Source of the DNA: an uncultured Candidatus Saccharibacteria bacterium
Lineage (GTDB): Bacteria; Patescibacteriota; CPR2; UBA1875; CAIMLA01
DNA: 64,000 nucleotides
Reading direction: 5' to 3'
Assembly (NCBI GenBank): GCA_964501135.1
Contig: CAZCRI010000003.1
Span: 18,654-82,653, forward strand
The translations under genes and the position numbers were made by a program. Of the stretch, positions 49,092 to 58,860 are shown in pieces (position 1 is the stretch's first letter; every line of letters begins with the position of its first letter). Below the pieces are notes generated by a model. The model was given only the letters and a program-made list of their open reading frames with translations. It made no database searches and was not told the DNA's origin.

Positions 49092-49343
49092 TTATTTCTC
49101 CAAATCCTTCTCTGTCAGGACTTTCACAAGTGACCAACGTTTGGTCGCAGACAATGGACGAGATTCTTCAATCACAACCATGTCCCCTGCTTTGGCTATA
49201 CCAGCCTCGTCATGAGCAGCAAACTTAGTAGAAACGCTATACTTTTTCTTGTAAAGCGGGTGTTCTTTGACACGATCAACGAGAACGACGATAGTCTTCT
49301 CCATCTTGTCTGAAACAACCTTACCTGTTAGTGTTCTTTTCAT
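49092..49343 (-). CDS. rpsQ: 30S ribosomal protein S17
   Basis: Start at internal [10 protein letters not shown]; ORF-track N-terminal extension probably spurious. Confidence 0.85.
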   Translation of the reverse strand: MKRTLTGKVVSDKMEKTIVVLVDRVKEHPLYKKKYSVSTKFAAHDEAGIAKAGDMVVIEESRPLSATKRWSLVKVLTEKDLEK

Positions 49344-49344
49344 C

Positions 49345-49563
49345 TTACTTCTCCCCCGTCTGCTTCTCTGCTTCGAAGATCTCGCGTTCACGGAGAACAG
49401 TCTTGATCTGAGCAATGAGCTTTCGGCTTTTTGCAACCTCGCTCACATTTGTGAGCTCTCTACCAGCGATAGCGAAACGATCCTTTAGGAGCTTAGCTTC
49501 TGTATCGGCTAGCAATTTCTGTAGGCTTTTTAGGTCCTTTTCTACTAGTTCTTTAGCTTTCAT
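49345..49563 (-). CDS. rpmC: 50S ribosomal protein L29
   Basis: Family match. Confidence 0.9.
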   Translation of the reverse strand: MKAKELVEKDLKSLQKLLADTEAKLLKDRFAIAGRELTNVSEVAKSRKLIAQIKTVLREREIFEAEKQTGEK

Positions 49564-49984
49564 CGCTCTCTCCTTGGGAATCTTTCACAATAATCTTGGT
49601 TTTGATTGGTAACTTATGTTTTGCGAGACGTAATGCTTCGCGGGCAATCTCTGGTGACACACCATCCATCTCGAAGAGGATTCTTCCTGGCTTCACAACT
49701 GCTGCGTAGTGGTCGATATTACCTTTACCACTTCCCATGCGAACTTCGTTTGGTTTCTTGGTGATTGGCTTGTCTGGGAAAATACGGATCCAGATCTTAC
49801 CACCACGTTTGATATAACGAGTCATTGCACGACGAGCAGCTTCGATCTGACGTGAGGTAACCCAGGCTGGCTCTAGAGCCTTGATGGCGTACTTACCAAA
49901 GTCGATGTTGGTTCCTCTGCCAGCCTTGCCGGTCTGAGGATTTTTCTGCATCTTTCGATACTTGGTCTTCTTAGGCTGTAACAT
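49553..49984 (-). CDS. rplP: 50S ribosomal protein L16
   Basis: [11 protein letters not shown] start. Confidence 0.9.
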   Translation of the reverse strand: MLQPKKTKYRKMQKNPQTGKAGRGTNIDFGKYAIKALEPAWVTSRQIEAARRAMTRYIKRGGKIWIRIFPDKPITKKPNEVRMGSGKGNIDHYAAVVKPGRILFEMDGVSPEIAREALRLAKHKLPIKTKIIVKDSQGESDES

Positions 49985-50636
49985 CAGTAGCCTCCGATTT
50001 CTTCTTCTTTTCAATCATGCCAGTGAAAACCCAAACCTTGACCCCGATAATTCCGTAAGTGGTCTTGGCACGGCTAGTTGCATATTTGATATCAGCATCA
50101 ATAGTAGCTAGTGGGATCTTGCCCTTGATTACGAACTCAGAACGAGCGATTTCGGCACCGTTCAAACGTCCGCCAACCATGATCTTGACACCCTTAACGC
50201 CGGCACGTTGTGCCTTCTCTACTGCCTGACGCATTGCGCGCTTGAAAGCGATACGGCGTTCTAGCTGCTGTGCGATGTTATCGGCAATAATCTGAGCATT
50301 GGTATCTGGATTCTTAACTTCGAAGACGTTGATGTCTTTGATCTTACCGGTTGTAAGCTTGGCAAGTTTAGTCTTGAGCTCAGTAGCTCCGGCTCCGCCG
50401 CGTCCGATGACAACACCTGGTTTTGCGGTATGGATACTAATGCTAACCTGATTGGCATTACGCTCAATCTCAACATTAGCGATACCAGCGCGCATTCCAA
50501 GCTCTTTTAAGATGAAACGACGAATCATAATATCTTCATGCAGAAGTTTTGCGTAGTCACGTTTGGAAAACCAGCGTGAGGTCCAGTTCTTGCTTACCTG
50601 AAGACGGAAACTGATTGGATTTACTTTATGTCCCAT
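49971..50636 (-). CDS. rpsC: 30S ribosomal protein S3
   Basis: [12 protein letters not shown]. Confidence 0.95.
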   Translation of the reverse strand: MGHKVNPISFRLQVSKNWTSRWFSKRDYAKLLHEDIMIRRFILKELGMRAGIANVEIERNANQVSISIHTAKPGVVIGRGGAGATELKTKLAKLTTGKIKDINVFEVKNPDTNAQIIADNIAQQLERRIAFKRAMRQAVEKAQRAGVKGVKIMVGGRLNGAEIARSEFVIKGKIPLATIDADIKYATSRAKTTYGIIGVKVWVFTGMIEKKKKSEATDVTA

Positions 50637-51052
50637 TACTTGACCTCCTCTGGAGTAGCTTTGACAGCTTTCTTCACTTCTTTAGCTTCAGCCTTGGCTG
50701 CCTTCTTTACTTCTTTTGCCTCAGCTCCAGAAACCACGACAATAATGTGGCTGGTGCGCTTTAGAAGCGGTGAAGCCATACCCTTGGAACGTGGGCGGAA
50801 ACGCTTTAGGCTTGGACCTTGATCAACTGTAAGCTTGGTAATTACTAGCTCTTCACGAACTAGACCAAAATTGTTGACTGCGTTTGAAACTGCCGAGTTG
50901 ATAGCTTTACTAATGATCCCAGCGGCTTTCTTTGGAGTGAACTTGAGGGTAGTCATCGCAGAAACTGCATTCTGACCACGAACAATATCAGCAACCAATC
51001 GTGCTTTCTTTGGGGAGATACGAATATATTTCTCTACTGCGCGTACTTCCAT
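50636..51052 (-). CDS. rplV: 50S ribosomal protein L22 with K/A/E-rich C-terminal extension
   Basis: Family match. Confidence 0.9.
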   Translation of the reverse strand: MEVRAVEKYIRISPKKARLVADIVRGQNAVSAMTTLKFTPKKAAGIISKAINSAVSNAVNNFGLVREELVITKLTVDQGPSLKRFRPRSKGMASPLLKRTSHIIVVVSGAEAKEVKKAAKAEAKEVKKAVKATPEEVK

Positions 51053-51324
51053 TACTTCTTCCCCTTCGCGAGCTTACCACCGTGACCACGGAACTTACGT
51101 GTTGGTGAAAATTCACCGAGACGATGACCTACCATGTTTTCAGAAACGAAAACTGGTGTGTGCTCTTTGCCGTTATGAACCGCAAAAGTGTGGCCTACAA
51201 ACTCAGGAATGATGACAGCGGCACGAGACCAGGTCTTGATAACCTTTTTGTCGTTCCCGAGAGCATCAACCTTACGCACGAGGCGTTCGTCTATATATGG
51301 ACCTTTTTTCAGTGATCTAGACAT
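51052..51324 (-). CDS. rpsS: 30S ribosomal protein S19
   Basis: [12 protein letters not shown]. Confidence 0.95.
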   Translation of the reverse strand: MSRSLKKGPYIDERLVRKVDALGNDKKVIKTWSRAAVIIPEFVGHTFAVHNGKEHTPVFVSENMVGHRLGEFSPTRKFRGHGGKLAKGKK

Positions 51325-51333
51325 CTTTACCCC

Positions 51334-52173
51334 TTACCTTCGGCCCTTTTTGCGGCCTTTAACAATATACTTACTTGATAATTTCTTCTTATTTCTAGTC
51401 TTTAGACCGAGTGCCTTAGCACCCCAAGGTGTCTTTGGTCCGCCCATTAGAGCGATTGAAGTACCACCTTCACCACCACCGTGTGGATGGTCTACTGGAT
51501 TCATAGCCTTACCACGGACAGAAGGACGGAAACCCATGTGACGAGTACGTCCGGCCTTACCTACCTTGATGTTGCTATGATCAGAATTTGAGACAGTACC
51601 GATAGAGGCACCACAATTCTCTGAAACTAAACGGATTTCACCAGAAGGCAACTTAATCTGAACCATGCCAGCCTCTTTCGCCATAATCTGAGCCTTGGTA
51701 CCAGCCGAGCGAGCGAGCTGTGCGCCCTTACCAGGCTGCATCTCTACTGCGTAGACGATAGTACCAACTGGAATGTCGCGAAGAACCTTGCGGTTTCCTG
51801 TGCGGATTTCAGCATCTTCACCGAAGGCAAGCTTGGCGCCAACCGTAACTCCAGTAGGAGCCACGATGTAGGCCTTTTTGCCATCTTCTTTGGTGACTAG
51901 AGCGATACGAGCGGAACGATTTGGATCGTACTCGATAGATTCCACAGTAACAGTTGTGTTTCCAAGCATCTTTAGGTCGATTAGACGATAAAGACGTTTG
52001 ACGCCACCACCACGATGACGAACGGTAATCTTGCCCTGAGAGTTACGACCGGCTTGGCTTTTTAAGCCAAATGTCAGTGACTTCTCGGGACTTTTCTTTG
52101 TAATATCGGCAAAATCGTCGACGGACATGCCGCGTCTTGCGTTGCTAGTTGGTTTTACTAATCTGATACCCAT
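51334..52173 (-). CDS. rplB: 50S ribosomal protein L2
   Basis: Family match. Confidence 0.95.
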   Translation of the reverse strand: MGIRLVKPTSNARRGMSVDDFADITKKSPEKSLTFGLKSQAGRNSQGKITVRHRGGGVKRLYRLIDLKMLGNTTVTVESIEYDPNRSARIALVTKEDGKKAYIVAPTGVTVGAKLAFGEDAEIRTGNRKVLRDIPVGTIVYAVEMQPGKGAQLARSAGTKAQIMAKEAGMVQIKLPSGEIRLVSENCGASIGTVSNSDHSNIKVGKAGRTRHMGFRPSVRGKAMNPVDHPHGGGEGGTSIALMGGPKTPWGAKALGLKTRNKKKLSSKYIVKGRKKGRR

Positions 52174-52175
52174 CT

Positions 52176-52460
52176 CTAAATTCCCTTAAAGTCCTCTATC
52201 GTTTCACCCTTTTTGATGGTAACGATAGCCTTTTTAAAATCACTTCTCTTGCCGAAAGATTTACCAAATTTCTTAATCTTACCAGCGATAATAACGGTAT
52301 TGACGGCAGTAACATGTACCGAGAATGCCTTCTCTACAGCCTGGGCGATTTCGGTTTTTGTAGCGTCGATGTCGACTACAAATACGTACTTGCCTAGGTC
52401 AGCAGAAGCAAAGCTCTTCTCTGAAATTACTGGTCTTTTTAGGACGCTTAACTGTTTCAT
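52176..52460 (-). CDS. rplW: 50S ribosomal protein L23
   Basis: Family match. Confidence 0.9.
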   Translation of the reverse strand: MKQLSVLKRPVISEKSFASADLGKYVFVVDIDATKTEIAQAVEKAFSVHVTAVNTVIIAGKIKKFGKSFGKRSDFKKAIVTIKKGETIEDFKGI

Positions 52461-53077
52461 TATTTGGCCCCCAATACTTCGTTTGTCTTCTCTAGAGCGT
52501 CAGCGACAAATACCATCGTGTCGGACCAAAGAATGTCATAAACGTTTAGGTTACGGTAATCACATACGCGGACGTTTGAAAGATTACGTGATACTAGGAT
52601 TGCCTGTTCGGTGAGGCCAGTCATAACGACAAGCTTCTTGCCAGTGGCAATCTTCTCGATTGCAAGGGCGAAATCCTTGGTCTTTGTAAACTCAAACTTA
52701 TCTAGAACTACAGAGCTGTCCTTGCGAGTAGCAAGAGCAGAAAGTACCGCTCCTGAACGTTTCTTCTTAAGAACCTTAAGAGTGAAGTTCTGAATCCCCG
52801 TAGGTCCGAAAGTTGTACCACCACCACGCCATAGCGGGTTACGGATAGAACCAGTACGAGCGCGGCCAGTACCCTTCTGAGCGTAAGGTTTCTTACCACC
52901 ACCAGAGACTTCGGCACGTGTCTTTACCTTGGCGCTAGCGGCACGGCGTGCAGCAAGCTGTGCGGTAACAACTTCGTGAATCAGTGCTGGATTTACTGGT
53001 GCATCAAATAAAGTGACTTTTACGTCCTTATCTGCCTGTTTTGTGCCTTTTGTATCGTATACTGCAATCTTCATCAT
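52460..53077 (-). CDS. rplD: 50S ribosomal protein L4
   Basis: Family match. Confidence 0.95.
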   Translation of the reverse strand: MMKIAVYDTKGTKQADKDVKVTLFDAPVNPALIHEVVTAQLAARRAASAKVKTRAEVSGGGKKPYAQKGTGRARTGSIRNPLWRGGGTTFGPTGIQNFTLKVLKKKRSGAVLSALATRKDSSVVLDKFEFTKTKDFALAIEKIATGKKLVVMTGLTEQAILVSRNLSNVRVCDYRNLNVYDILWSDTMVFVADALEKTNEVLGAK

Positions 53078-53700
53078 TAACCTCTCAGCACCACAATCCC
53101 CTTGCGTGGTCCTGGAATAGCACCCTTGATCGCAAGTGTATTGTTTTCTTTATCGATACTAATAATTTCTAGGTTCTTTACAGTCACCTTCTCGGCACCC
53201 ATGTGGCCTGCCATACGCATGCCCTTCATAACGTGCTGAGGATAACCTGCACCAATAGATCCTGGTGCGCGATAGTTGTGTGAGCCATGTGTCTTTGGTC
53301 CAGTTGTAAAGTTGTGACGCTTTACAGTACCTGCAAAACCTTTACCCTTGGAAGTACCAGTAGCAGCAAGGAGCTGGCCAACCTCAAAAGTGTCAACGCT
53401 AATAACGTCGCCAACCTTGATAGTTACCGCTTCTTCACCTTCTGGAGCAACCTCTACGAGATCAAACTCGCGAAGTACTTTTGGCACTGCGCCAGAGCTC
53501 TTGACGTGCCCAGCCAGTGGCTTGTTGATACGTTTGTCCAAGCCAAAACCGAGCTGAACAGCGCTATAGCCGTCAACTTCTGGTGTTTTCACCTGAACAA
53601 CAGTACAAGGACCCGCTTCTACGACGGTCACAGGCACAACAGTACCCTTCTCGTCAAAGATGTGAGTCATTCCGATTTTTTTACCGATCAATGCCTTCAT
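53077..53700 (-). CDS. rplC: 50S ribosomal protein L3
   Basis: Family match. Confidence 0.95.
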   Translation of the reverse strand: MKALIGKKIGMTHIFDEKGTVVPVTVVEAGPCTVVQVKTPEVDGYSAVQLGFGLDKRINKPLAGHVKSSGAVPKVLREFDLVEVAPEGEEAVTIKVGDVISVDTFEVGQLLAATGTSKGKGFAGTVKRHNFTTGPKTHGSHNYRAPGSIGAGYPQHVMKGMRMAGHMGAEKVTVKNLEIISIDKENNTLAIKGAIPGPRKGIVVLRG

Positions 53701-53820
53701 TGTTCATCCTTTTTACTCAATAAAATACTTTTCGACAGACAAACAGTTTCTGCGGGCGTTCGTGCAGACTTGTTCATCCCCCGATGGTTTTTTGCGAATA
53801 TATCTTTTTACGCAAGAACA

Positions 53821-53849
53821 ATTGTATATAAAATATGGGTAAATGTCAA
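53821..53849 (-). promoter_or_regulatory. Consensus promoter TTGACA-N17-TACAAT at the edge of the high-GC insertion, reading into rplC
   Basis: Minus strand: ttgaca (53844-53849), 17-nt spacer, tacaat (53821-53826). Confidence 0.5.
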
Positions 53850-53863
53850 CTATTTTGGTCGAC

Positions 53864-53892
53864 GTGGGCAGCGGGGTTTCCCCGCCGCCCAC
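53864..53892. other. GC-rich stem-loop (gtgggcagcgggg-tttc-ccccgccgcccac) flanked by gtcgac repeats, 3' of island gene 53913-54236
   Basis: 13-bp stem with one mismatch; no clear U-tract. Confidence 0.5.
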
Positions 53893-53912
53893 GGTCGTCG
53901 ACGTTGACGCGT

Positions 53913-54236
53913 CTAGTGGCCCTCGGCCTGCTCCTTACGAGCCCTGTCGATTCGGATAGCCTCCTCGTAGTTGTAGACCGACTTGAGTCGCTTGAAGCCC
54001 TCAGGATTCTCGCGATCAAGTTCCTGCCAAGTTGCGAGGTCCATGCCCCGAAGGGCAAAGATGGTCTCGCGAGCCCGTGTCGCGTCTCCCCACAGATCAG
54101 GTTCGAGCTCGACCGCCTGTTCGACAAGAGTGTCGAGAGTCACCTCGGGGCACCCCTGCTTCCCAGGGATAGCGTACCTCGGTCCCTGACGAATGAAGAA
54201 CAACATCTGAGCATAGAACTGGTCGATTTCGTTCAC
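53913..54236 (-). CDS. Hypothetical protein (107 aa), high-GC insertion between rpsJ and rplC
   Basis: ~56% GC ORF in an operon position that is normally rpsJ directly followed by rplC. Confidence 0.5.
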   Translation of the reverse strand: MNEIDQFYAQMLFFIRQGPRYAIPGKQGCPEVTLDTLVEQAVELEPDLWGDATRARETIFALRGMDLATWQELDRENPEGFKRLKSVYNYEEAIRIDRARKEQAEGH

Positions 54237-54269
54237 TGCATCACCTTCCTCTTTGGCTTCATGGCTATG

Positions 54270-54800
54270 CTAGAAGAGCTCGCCCTGGCCGTCACCGGCA
54301 CCCGTAAGCTTCTGGAACTTGGCCTTCGCTCTCGCTTCTTCCTTGGCCTTCTTCTCGGCCTTCATAGCCCTGTCAGCAGCCATAATCGCCGCTGTGTCGA
54401 GAACGTTCGCCTCGGCACGTGCAAAGATGGCAGACAACTCTGAAGTAGACAACGAGCCGATGGCACGAGAACGGAACTCAACGAGCCGATACTGGCTAGG
54501 CGCCAGCATATCAACGTCGATTCCGTAGTCCATACGCAACTTGGCAGCAATCAGGTGACCGTAATTACGGTCAACAGTATCTCCGTGGTTGTCCTTGAGC
54601 CAGGCATTCTTCTGTTCGACACTGACTACAAAACTCACACGGTATTTGGACCTGCCAAGCACCTCGAACTCAGCCACCCAGGGGCAGTTCGGGCGCTTAA
54701 CTCCAGCTTCTTGCTCTGTAAGCAAAGCTGTCACTGAGACCACCCCTTCCAGGGTACTATTTGACGTCAACGAACACCACTTCACGGTGTGAAGCGACAC
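54270..54800 (-). CDS. Hypothetical protein (up to 176 aa; true start may be internal GTG after ggaagggg), high-GC insertion, K/A/E-rich C-terminus
   Basis: High GC; no motif recognised. Confidence 0.45.
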   Translation of the reverse strand: MSLHTVKWCSLTSNSTLEGVVSVTALLTEQEAGVKRPNCPWVAEFEVLGRSKYRVSFVVSVEQKNAWLKDNHGDTVDRNYGHLIAAKLRMDYGIDVDMLAPSQYRLVEFRSRAIGSLSTSELSAIFARAEANVLDTAAIMAADRAMKAEKKAKEEARAKAKFQKLTGAGDGQGELF

Positions 54801-55259
54801 TATAATTTAATACTAAATTGCCATTTTGTCAATAATCTGACCTTCTCCTCTCCCCGAAAAATCGCCCGGGCTCGCAGCCCCGACTATCCTCGAATGCTAG
54901 AAATTATTGCAAGTTTACTCAGCAAAATTTCGTACAGGGCGTTCTGGGTTCGATTTTTCTTGAACTTTGGGATACCTTTCTTTTAAGAGAAAGGTATCAA
55001 GAAACGTAGTATTAAGATTCCCTTCTTCAAGGGAATGACAGGAAAATGGGGCACAAAGAAATCCTGTCCGATGATTCCGACTGGACGAATATTGGACTCG
55101 TCGGAGAATCAAATTCAAGATGCCAGGAGAAAGGCTGGGTTCCTGGCTTACGACCAGGAATGACAATACCAGTAATCAAAAGGAGCCCCCAGGGGCCCCC
55201 TTTTGATAGTTATTACCCCGACGTTCGTCGGGATCTCGCAAAAGCAATCCGCCTTTGCT

Positions 55260-55580
55260 TTACATCTTGATTTCGATGTCTACTCCGGCTGGAAGTGAAA
55301 GACTCATCAAACTATCTACTGTCTTCGCAGTGAAGTCAGTAATGTCGATCAGGCGCTTGTGCACCCGCATCTCGAACTGTTCACGTGCGTTCTTATTGAC
55401 GTTGCTAGCACGGTTTACGGTGATAGGAGTTCTATCGGTTGGTAGTGGGATTGGTCCTGCTACCTTCGCACCGCTGCGTACTGCAGTCTCAATAATCTGC
55501 GTTGTCGACTGGTCAATAATCTTGTTATCGTAAGCCTTCAGTTTGATTCGGATTCTCTGTTTTTCGTTTTTCTCAGCCAT
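55260..55580 (-). CDS. rpsJ: 30S ribosomal protein S10
   Basis: Start at [18 protein letters not shown] (internal to ORF-track entry). Confidence 0.95.
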   Translation of the reverse strand: MAEKNEKQRIRIKLKAYDNKIIDQSTTQIIETAVRSGAKVAGPIPLPTDRTPITVNRASNVNKNAREQFEMRVHKRLIDITDFTAKTVDSLMSLSLPAGVDIEIKM

Positions 55581-55629
55581 ATGTCTCCTTCTAGTTCCCA
55601 GGGTCACATTGCCCTGCTATCTATAAGTT

Positions 55630-55665
55630 TTAGTTTATTATAAGATCCCCGCTTGCGCGGGGATC
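55630..55665 (-). terminator. Stem-loop/terminator after tuf
   Basis: gatccccgc-ttgc-gcggggatc followed on minus strand by ttataataaac. Confidence 0.5.
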
Positions 55666-55674
55666 TGTGTGAAT

Positions 55675-56850
55675 CTATTTGTTGATCTTGGTAACTACAC
55701 CAGCGCCAACTGTACGGCCACCTTCGCGGATAGCGAAGCGAAGACCTTCCTCGATAGCGATTGGCTGGATAAGCTTAACGGCCATCTTGACGTTATCGCC
55801 AGGCATAACCATTTCGCCTTCGAACTCGATCTCACCAGTTACATCAGTTGTACGGATGTAGAACTGAGGCTTGTAACCCTTGAAGAAAGGAGTGTGACGT
55901 CCGCCTTCTTCTTTGGTAAGAACGTATACTTCAGCGTCGAACTCAGTATGAGGTGTAATAGAACCAGACTTAGCTAGAACCATTCCGCGCTCAATATCAT
56001 TCTTTTCAATACCGCGTAGTAGTAGGCCAGCATTGTCACCAGCTTGTCCCTGCTCGAGCTGCTTTTTAAACATCTCGATACCAGTAACAACGGTCTTGCG
56101 AGTAGGTTTGATACCAATGATTTCTACTTCGTCGTTGATCTTAACAACACCACGGTCGATACGACCAGTAGCAACTGTACCACGTCCCTTGATAGAGAAA
56201 ACGTCTTCTACAGCCATCATGAAAGGCTTGTCAGTATCACGAGTAGGCTCTGGAATGTATTCATCAAGAGCGTTCATAAGCTCCATGATTGACTCTTCGT
56301 ACTTAGCATCGCCTTCAAGCGCCTTAAGAGCTGAACCACGAATGATAGGTGTGTTGTCACCATCATATTTGTACTTAGTAAGAAGTTCACGAATTTCCAT
56401 CTCAACAAGGTCAAGCATCTCTGCATCATCAACCATGTCGCATTTGTTCATGTAAACAACGATTTGTGGAACACCAACCTGGTAAGCAAGTAGGATGTGC
56501 TCACGAGTCTGTGGCATAGGACCGTCAGTAGCAGCCACAACCAAGATAGCGCCGTCCATCTGTGCAGCACCAGTGATCATGTTCTTTACGTAGTCGGCAT
56601 GTCCAGGACAGTCAACGTGCGCATAGTGACGCTTGTCTGTCTCATACTCTTGATGAGAAGTAGCAATAGTAATACCGCGCTCGCGCTCTTCTGGAGCGTT
56701 GTCGATGTCGGCAAACTTTCTAGCAGTAGCTAGGCCTTTCTTTGCTAGTACAGATGTAATAGCAGCTGTCAGGGTTGTCTTACCATGGTCAACGTGTCCG
56801 ATAGTACCAACGTTTACATGGGGCTTGTCTCTCTTATAAACTTCAGCCAT
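55675..56850 (-). CDS. tuf: Elongation factor Tu
   Basis: [27 protein letters not shown] motifs. Confidence 0.97.
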   Translation of the reverse strand: MAEVYKRDKPHVNVGTIGHVDHGKTTLTAAITSVLAKKGLATARKFADIDNAPEERERGITIATSHQEYETDKRHYAHVDCPGHADYVKNMITGAAQMDGAILVVAATDGPMPQTREHILLAYQVGVPQIVVYMNKCDMVDDAEMLDLVEMEIRELLTKYKYDGDNTPIIRGSALKALEGDAKYEESIMELMNALDEYIPEPTRDTDKPFMMAVEDVFSIKGRGTVATGRIDRGVVKINDEVEIIGIKPTRKTVVTGIEMFKKQLEQGQAGDNAGLLLRGIEKNDIERGMVLAKSGSITPHTEFDAEVYVLTKEEGGRHTPFFKGYKPQFYIRTTDVTGEIEFEGEMVMPGDNVKMAVKLIQPIAIEEGLRFAIREGGRTVGAGVVTKINK

Positions 56851-57132
56851 TTGGTCTCCTTGTAAGTTTTTACTTTGTTAATTTTGTTTAATATTCTTGG
56901 TAATACACTTTAAATCCCCCGCGTCCTTCGTGACGTGGCGGATATGTATTCATTTGGCCTACAAATATTACTATATATCACTACTTTGTGCAAGTATTTA
57001 ATAGTGAAAGTTCATAAAATTTGTAATGCCATAAGGTCTATAACGTAGAAGGCCGCGTGCCCGCCTCCTCGTCTGCTTTCGCAGAGAAGTGCGGACCCAC
57101 GGCCCAGAAGGAATTCGTCACCTTCGCTGCGC

Positions 57133-57672
57133 CTAAGCGCTTGGAGAGTGACCACTGTTGGCGAGACGCTCACCTATGGCAAGGTAGAGCACACAGGCGA
57201 GCACGATGAAGGCAGTAACCACAAGCGAGCCGGGCCAAACGGCGAGCGGTGTCCAAAGCAGCCACCGTGGAGCATGGTAACCGACTACTGCCAGTACAGC
57301 GAGGTACTCGACGAAGAGCACTACAGCCGTTACCAGCTTCCAGTGCTCGATTGACGAAAGGACCAAGCCCAACACTGCATACCAGAAGTCGCTGGGATGC
57401 ATCCTCGAACGCGACGCTCTGGAGCCGGCCGTGCGCGGCATCGTGTTGTAGACTCCGCTCTTGTGGCAAGCCACGTTGGAGCAGTGCGGACACTGCCCAG
57501 TAGACTTCTGCCAGAAGCACTGGAAACCACCAGACCACAGAAGGTAAGCGACCAGGGAGACGCCTCCCACAACCGCAAGCGCGAGCAGCGCTACTCCGAA
57601 GACAGCCAGTCTCTCGACCGCATCTCCGAAGAGAACGAGCATCGTCGTGATGCCAACCGTGTCGCTGTTCAT
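57133..57672 (-). CDS. Hypothetical polytopic membrane protein with CPHC motif, high-GC island between fusA and tuf
   Basis: ~62% GC; 4-5 hydrophobic helices; overlaps upstream ORF by ATGA. Confidence 0.5.
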   Translation of the reverse strand: MNSDTVGITTMLVLFGDAVERLAVFGVALLALAVVGGVSLVAYLLWSGGFQCFWQKSTGQCPHCSNVACHKSGVYNTMPRTAGSRASRSRMHPSDFWYAVLGLVLSSIEHWKLVTAVVLFVEYLAVLAVVGYHAPRWLLWTPLAVWPGSLVVTAFIVLACVLYLAIGERLANSGHSPSA

Positions 57673-57929
57673 GACATCCCCAATTCAGTAGGTCTCGGGC
57701 CAAAATCGGCGATGTTTACGACAACGTCCCCTACCTGCAGGTCATGAACCGAATCCTCTTCGGTCACAACCAGAGGCTGTGTGCACAACTGGTAGTTGCG
57801 CTTGTCGGTCTTACCGAGCTGCTCCACCAGCCCACGAGAGTAATCGAGCGTGACAGATGTCGCCAGCGGCGGAAGCTCCTCGGTTGATATCGCCCTACCT
57901 CCCGGCAGGGAGACAATGACTTTACTCAT
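57669..57929 (-). CDS. Hypothetical protein (86 aa; ORF-track alternative 57669-58058), high-GC island
   Basis: RBS ggggggttgacc then ATG at 57929 (MSKVIVSLPGG...). Confidence 0.4.
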   Translation of the reverse strand: MSKVIVSLPGGRAISTEELPPLATSVTLDYSRGLVEQLGKTDKRNYQLCTQPLVVTEEDSVHDLQVGDVVVNIADFGPRPTELGMS

Positions 57930-57949
57930 GGTCAACCCCCCATCTGGCG

Positions 57950-58087
57950 TTAGGCGCCCTCGTCGTTGCCCAACTGAACCGGCAGCAATCCACTCTCGAC
58001 CAGAACCCACAGGCCCCAAGCTGCGAAGCAGACCAAGTAGACCACGGCGGTCCACCACAGGTCACTCAACTTCTTCTTCATATTCAT
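57950..58087 (-). CDS. Possible 45-aa single-TM peptide (MNMKKKLSDLWWTAVVYLVCFAAWGLWVLV...)
   Basis: Hand translation; sits directly downstream of promoter P2; overlaps alternative long ORF so only one of the two can be real. Confidence 0.3.
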   Translation of the reverse strand: MNMKKKLSDLWWTAVVYLVCFAAWGLWVLVESGLLPVQLGNDEGA

Positions 58088-58147
58088 CCCCTCGTCTCTT
58101 CAAGGTGCACGCCGTAAGGCGCATGCACCTTTGGCTTCAATGGCGGT

Positions 58148-58176
58148 ATTATATGCCGAATGGTGGCTAAAATCAA
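58148..58176 (-). promoter_or_regulatory. Promoter P2 TTGATT-N17-TATAAT inside high-GC island
   Basis: Minus strand ttgatt (58171-58176) 17-nt spacer tataat (58148-58153); core ggtattatatgccgaa duplicated at 59150-59166. Confidence 0.5.
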
Positions 58177-58249
58177 GGAAAACGAAAAGGCCACGAACCG
58201 CATGGCCTTCCCGAACTATTGCGAGAAATGCTATTGCGTGTCGTGGCCT

Positions 58250-58570
58250 CTATGTGTACCTCTGGCAGGCAAGGCAGACCCTGAAACCGAAGTCCTTGAC
58301 CAGGATGTTCATCACAGCCTCGTCGACCAGGAAGCATGCCGAGTTTGTAGAGTCACGCCGGCGTTCGGCGTAAATCTCGGCGAATTCTGCACGAAACTCG
58401 TCGAAGTCGACAAGGTCACGGCAGACAAGAACCCGGCAGTTGTTGTAGTAACGTCCGCATGCTGAGTGTGTCCACTCCCTGTCACGCCTTGCGATGTGCA
58501 GTACCTTGGAGCCATCGATTACGACGTACCAGGGCTTCTCACCAGACCTGAGCCGAAAGCTCCTACCCAT
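58250..58570 (-). CDS. Hypothetical protein (106 aa, Cys-rich), high-GC island
   Basis: High GC ORF; no motif recognised. Confidence 0.4.
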   Translation of the reverse strand: MGRSFRLRSGEKPWYVVIDGSKVLHIARRDREWTHSACGRYYNNCRVLVCRDLVDFDEFRAEFAEIYAERRRDSTNSACFLVDEAVMNILVKDFGFRVCLACQRYT

Positions 58571-58596
58571 CAGTTTCCTCCGCTCATGTCGTAACC

Positions 58597-58845
58597 CTAG
58601 CCGAGATCTTCAGCTGCCGTGATAACCTTGGCCAGTACGGAAGCGAGGTTCTTCGCGTCGCTGAGGTCGAGGGTCTGGTACCCTGACGTCGAAGCGTCTA
58701 CCAGGCTCTTGGTCCAGATGCGAACCCTCGGCTCGTCCCCCTTCTTCTCACCAGGATTCGCCATGGCATCGAAAACAGGTGCCTTGATGCACGATTCGAT
58801 CGTAGTACCATCGGCATCCAAGTGCCAAGTATTACCTCTACTCAT
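58597..58845 (-). CDS. Hypothetical protein (82 aa), high-GC island
   Basis: High GC ORF. Confidence 0.4.
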   Translation of the reverse strand: MSRGNTWHLDADGTTIESCIKAPVFDAMANPGEKKGDEPRVRIWTKSLVDASTSGYQTLDLSDAKNLASVLAKVITAAEDLG

Positions 58846-58860
58846 AGTCTTACACCTCCT

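Noticed and set aside
53287-53907. Long antisense ORFs overlapping ribosomal protein genes (e.g. 53287-53907 +, 41470-42057 +, 30337-30915 +, 51188-51541 +)
   Set aside because: They lie opposite highly conserved r-protein genes and have biased low-complexity translations typical of shadow ORFs.
57669-58058. 129-aa version of the island ORF starting MVDRRGLLGLLRSLGPVG
   Set aside because: The Arg/Gly-rich N-terminus in high-GC DNA lacks an RBS. A strong RBS precedes the internal ATG (57929), and a separate 45-aa TM peptide fits the upstream part. It is kept only as an alternative.
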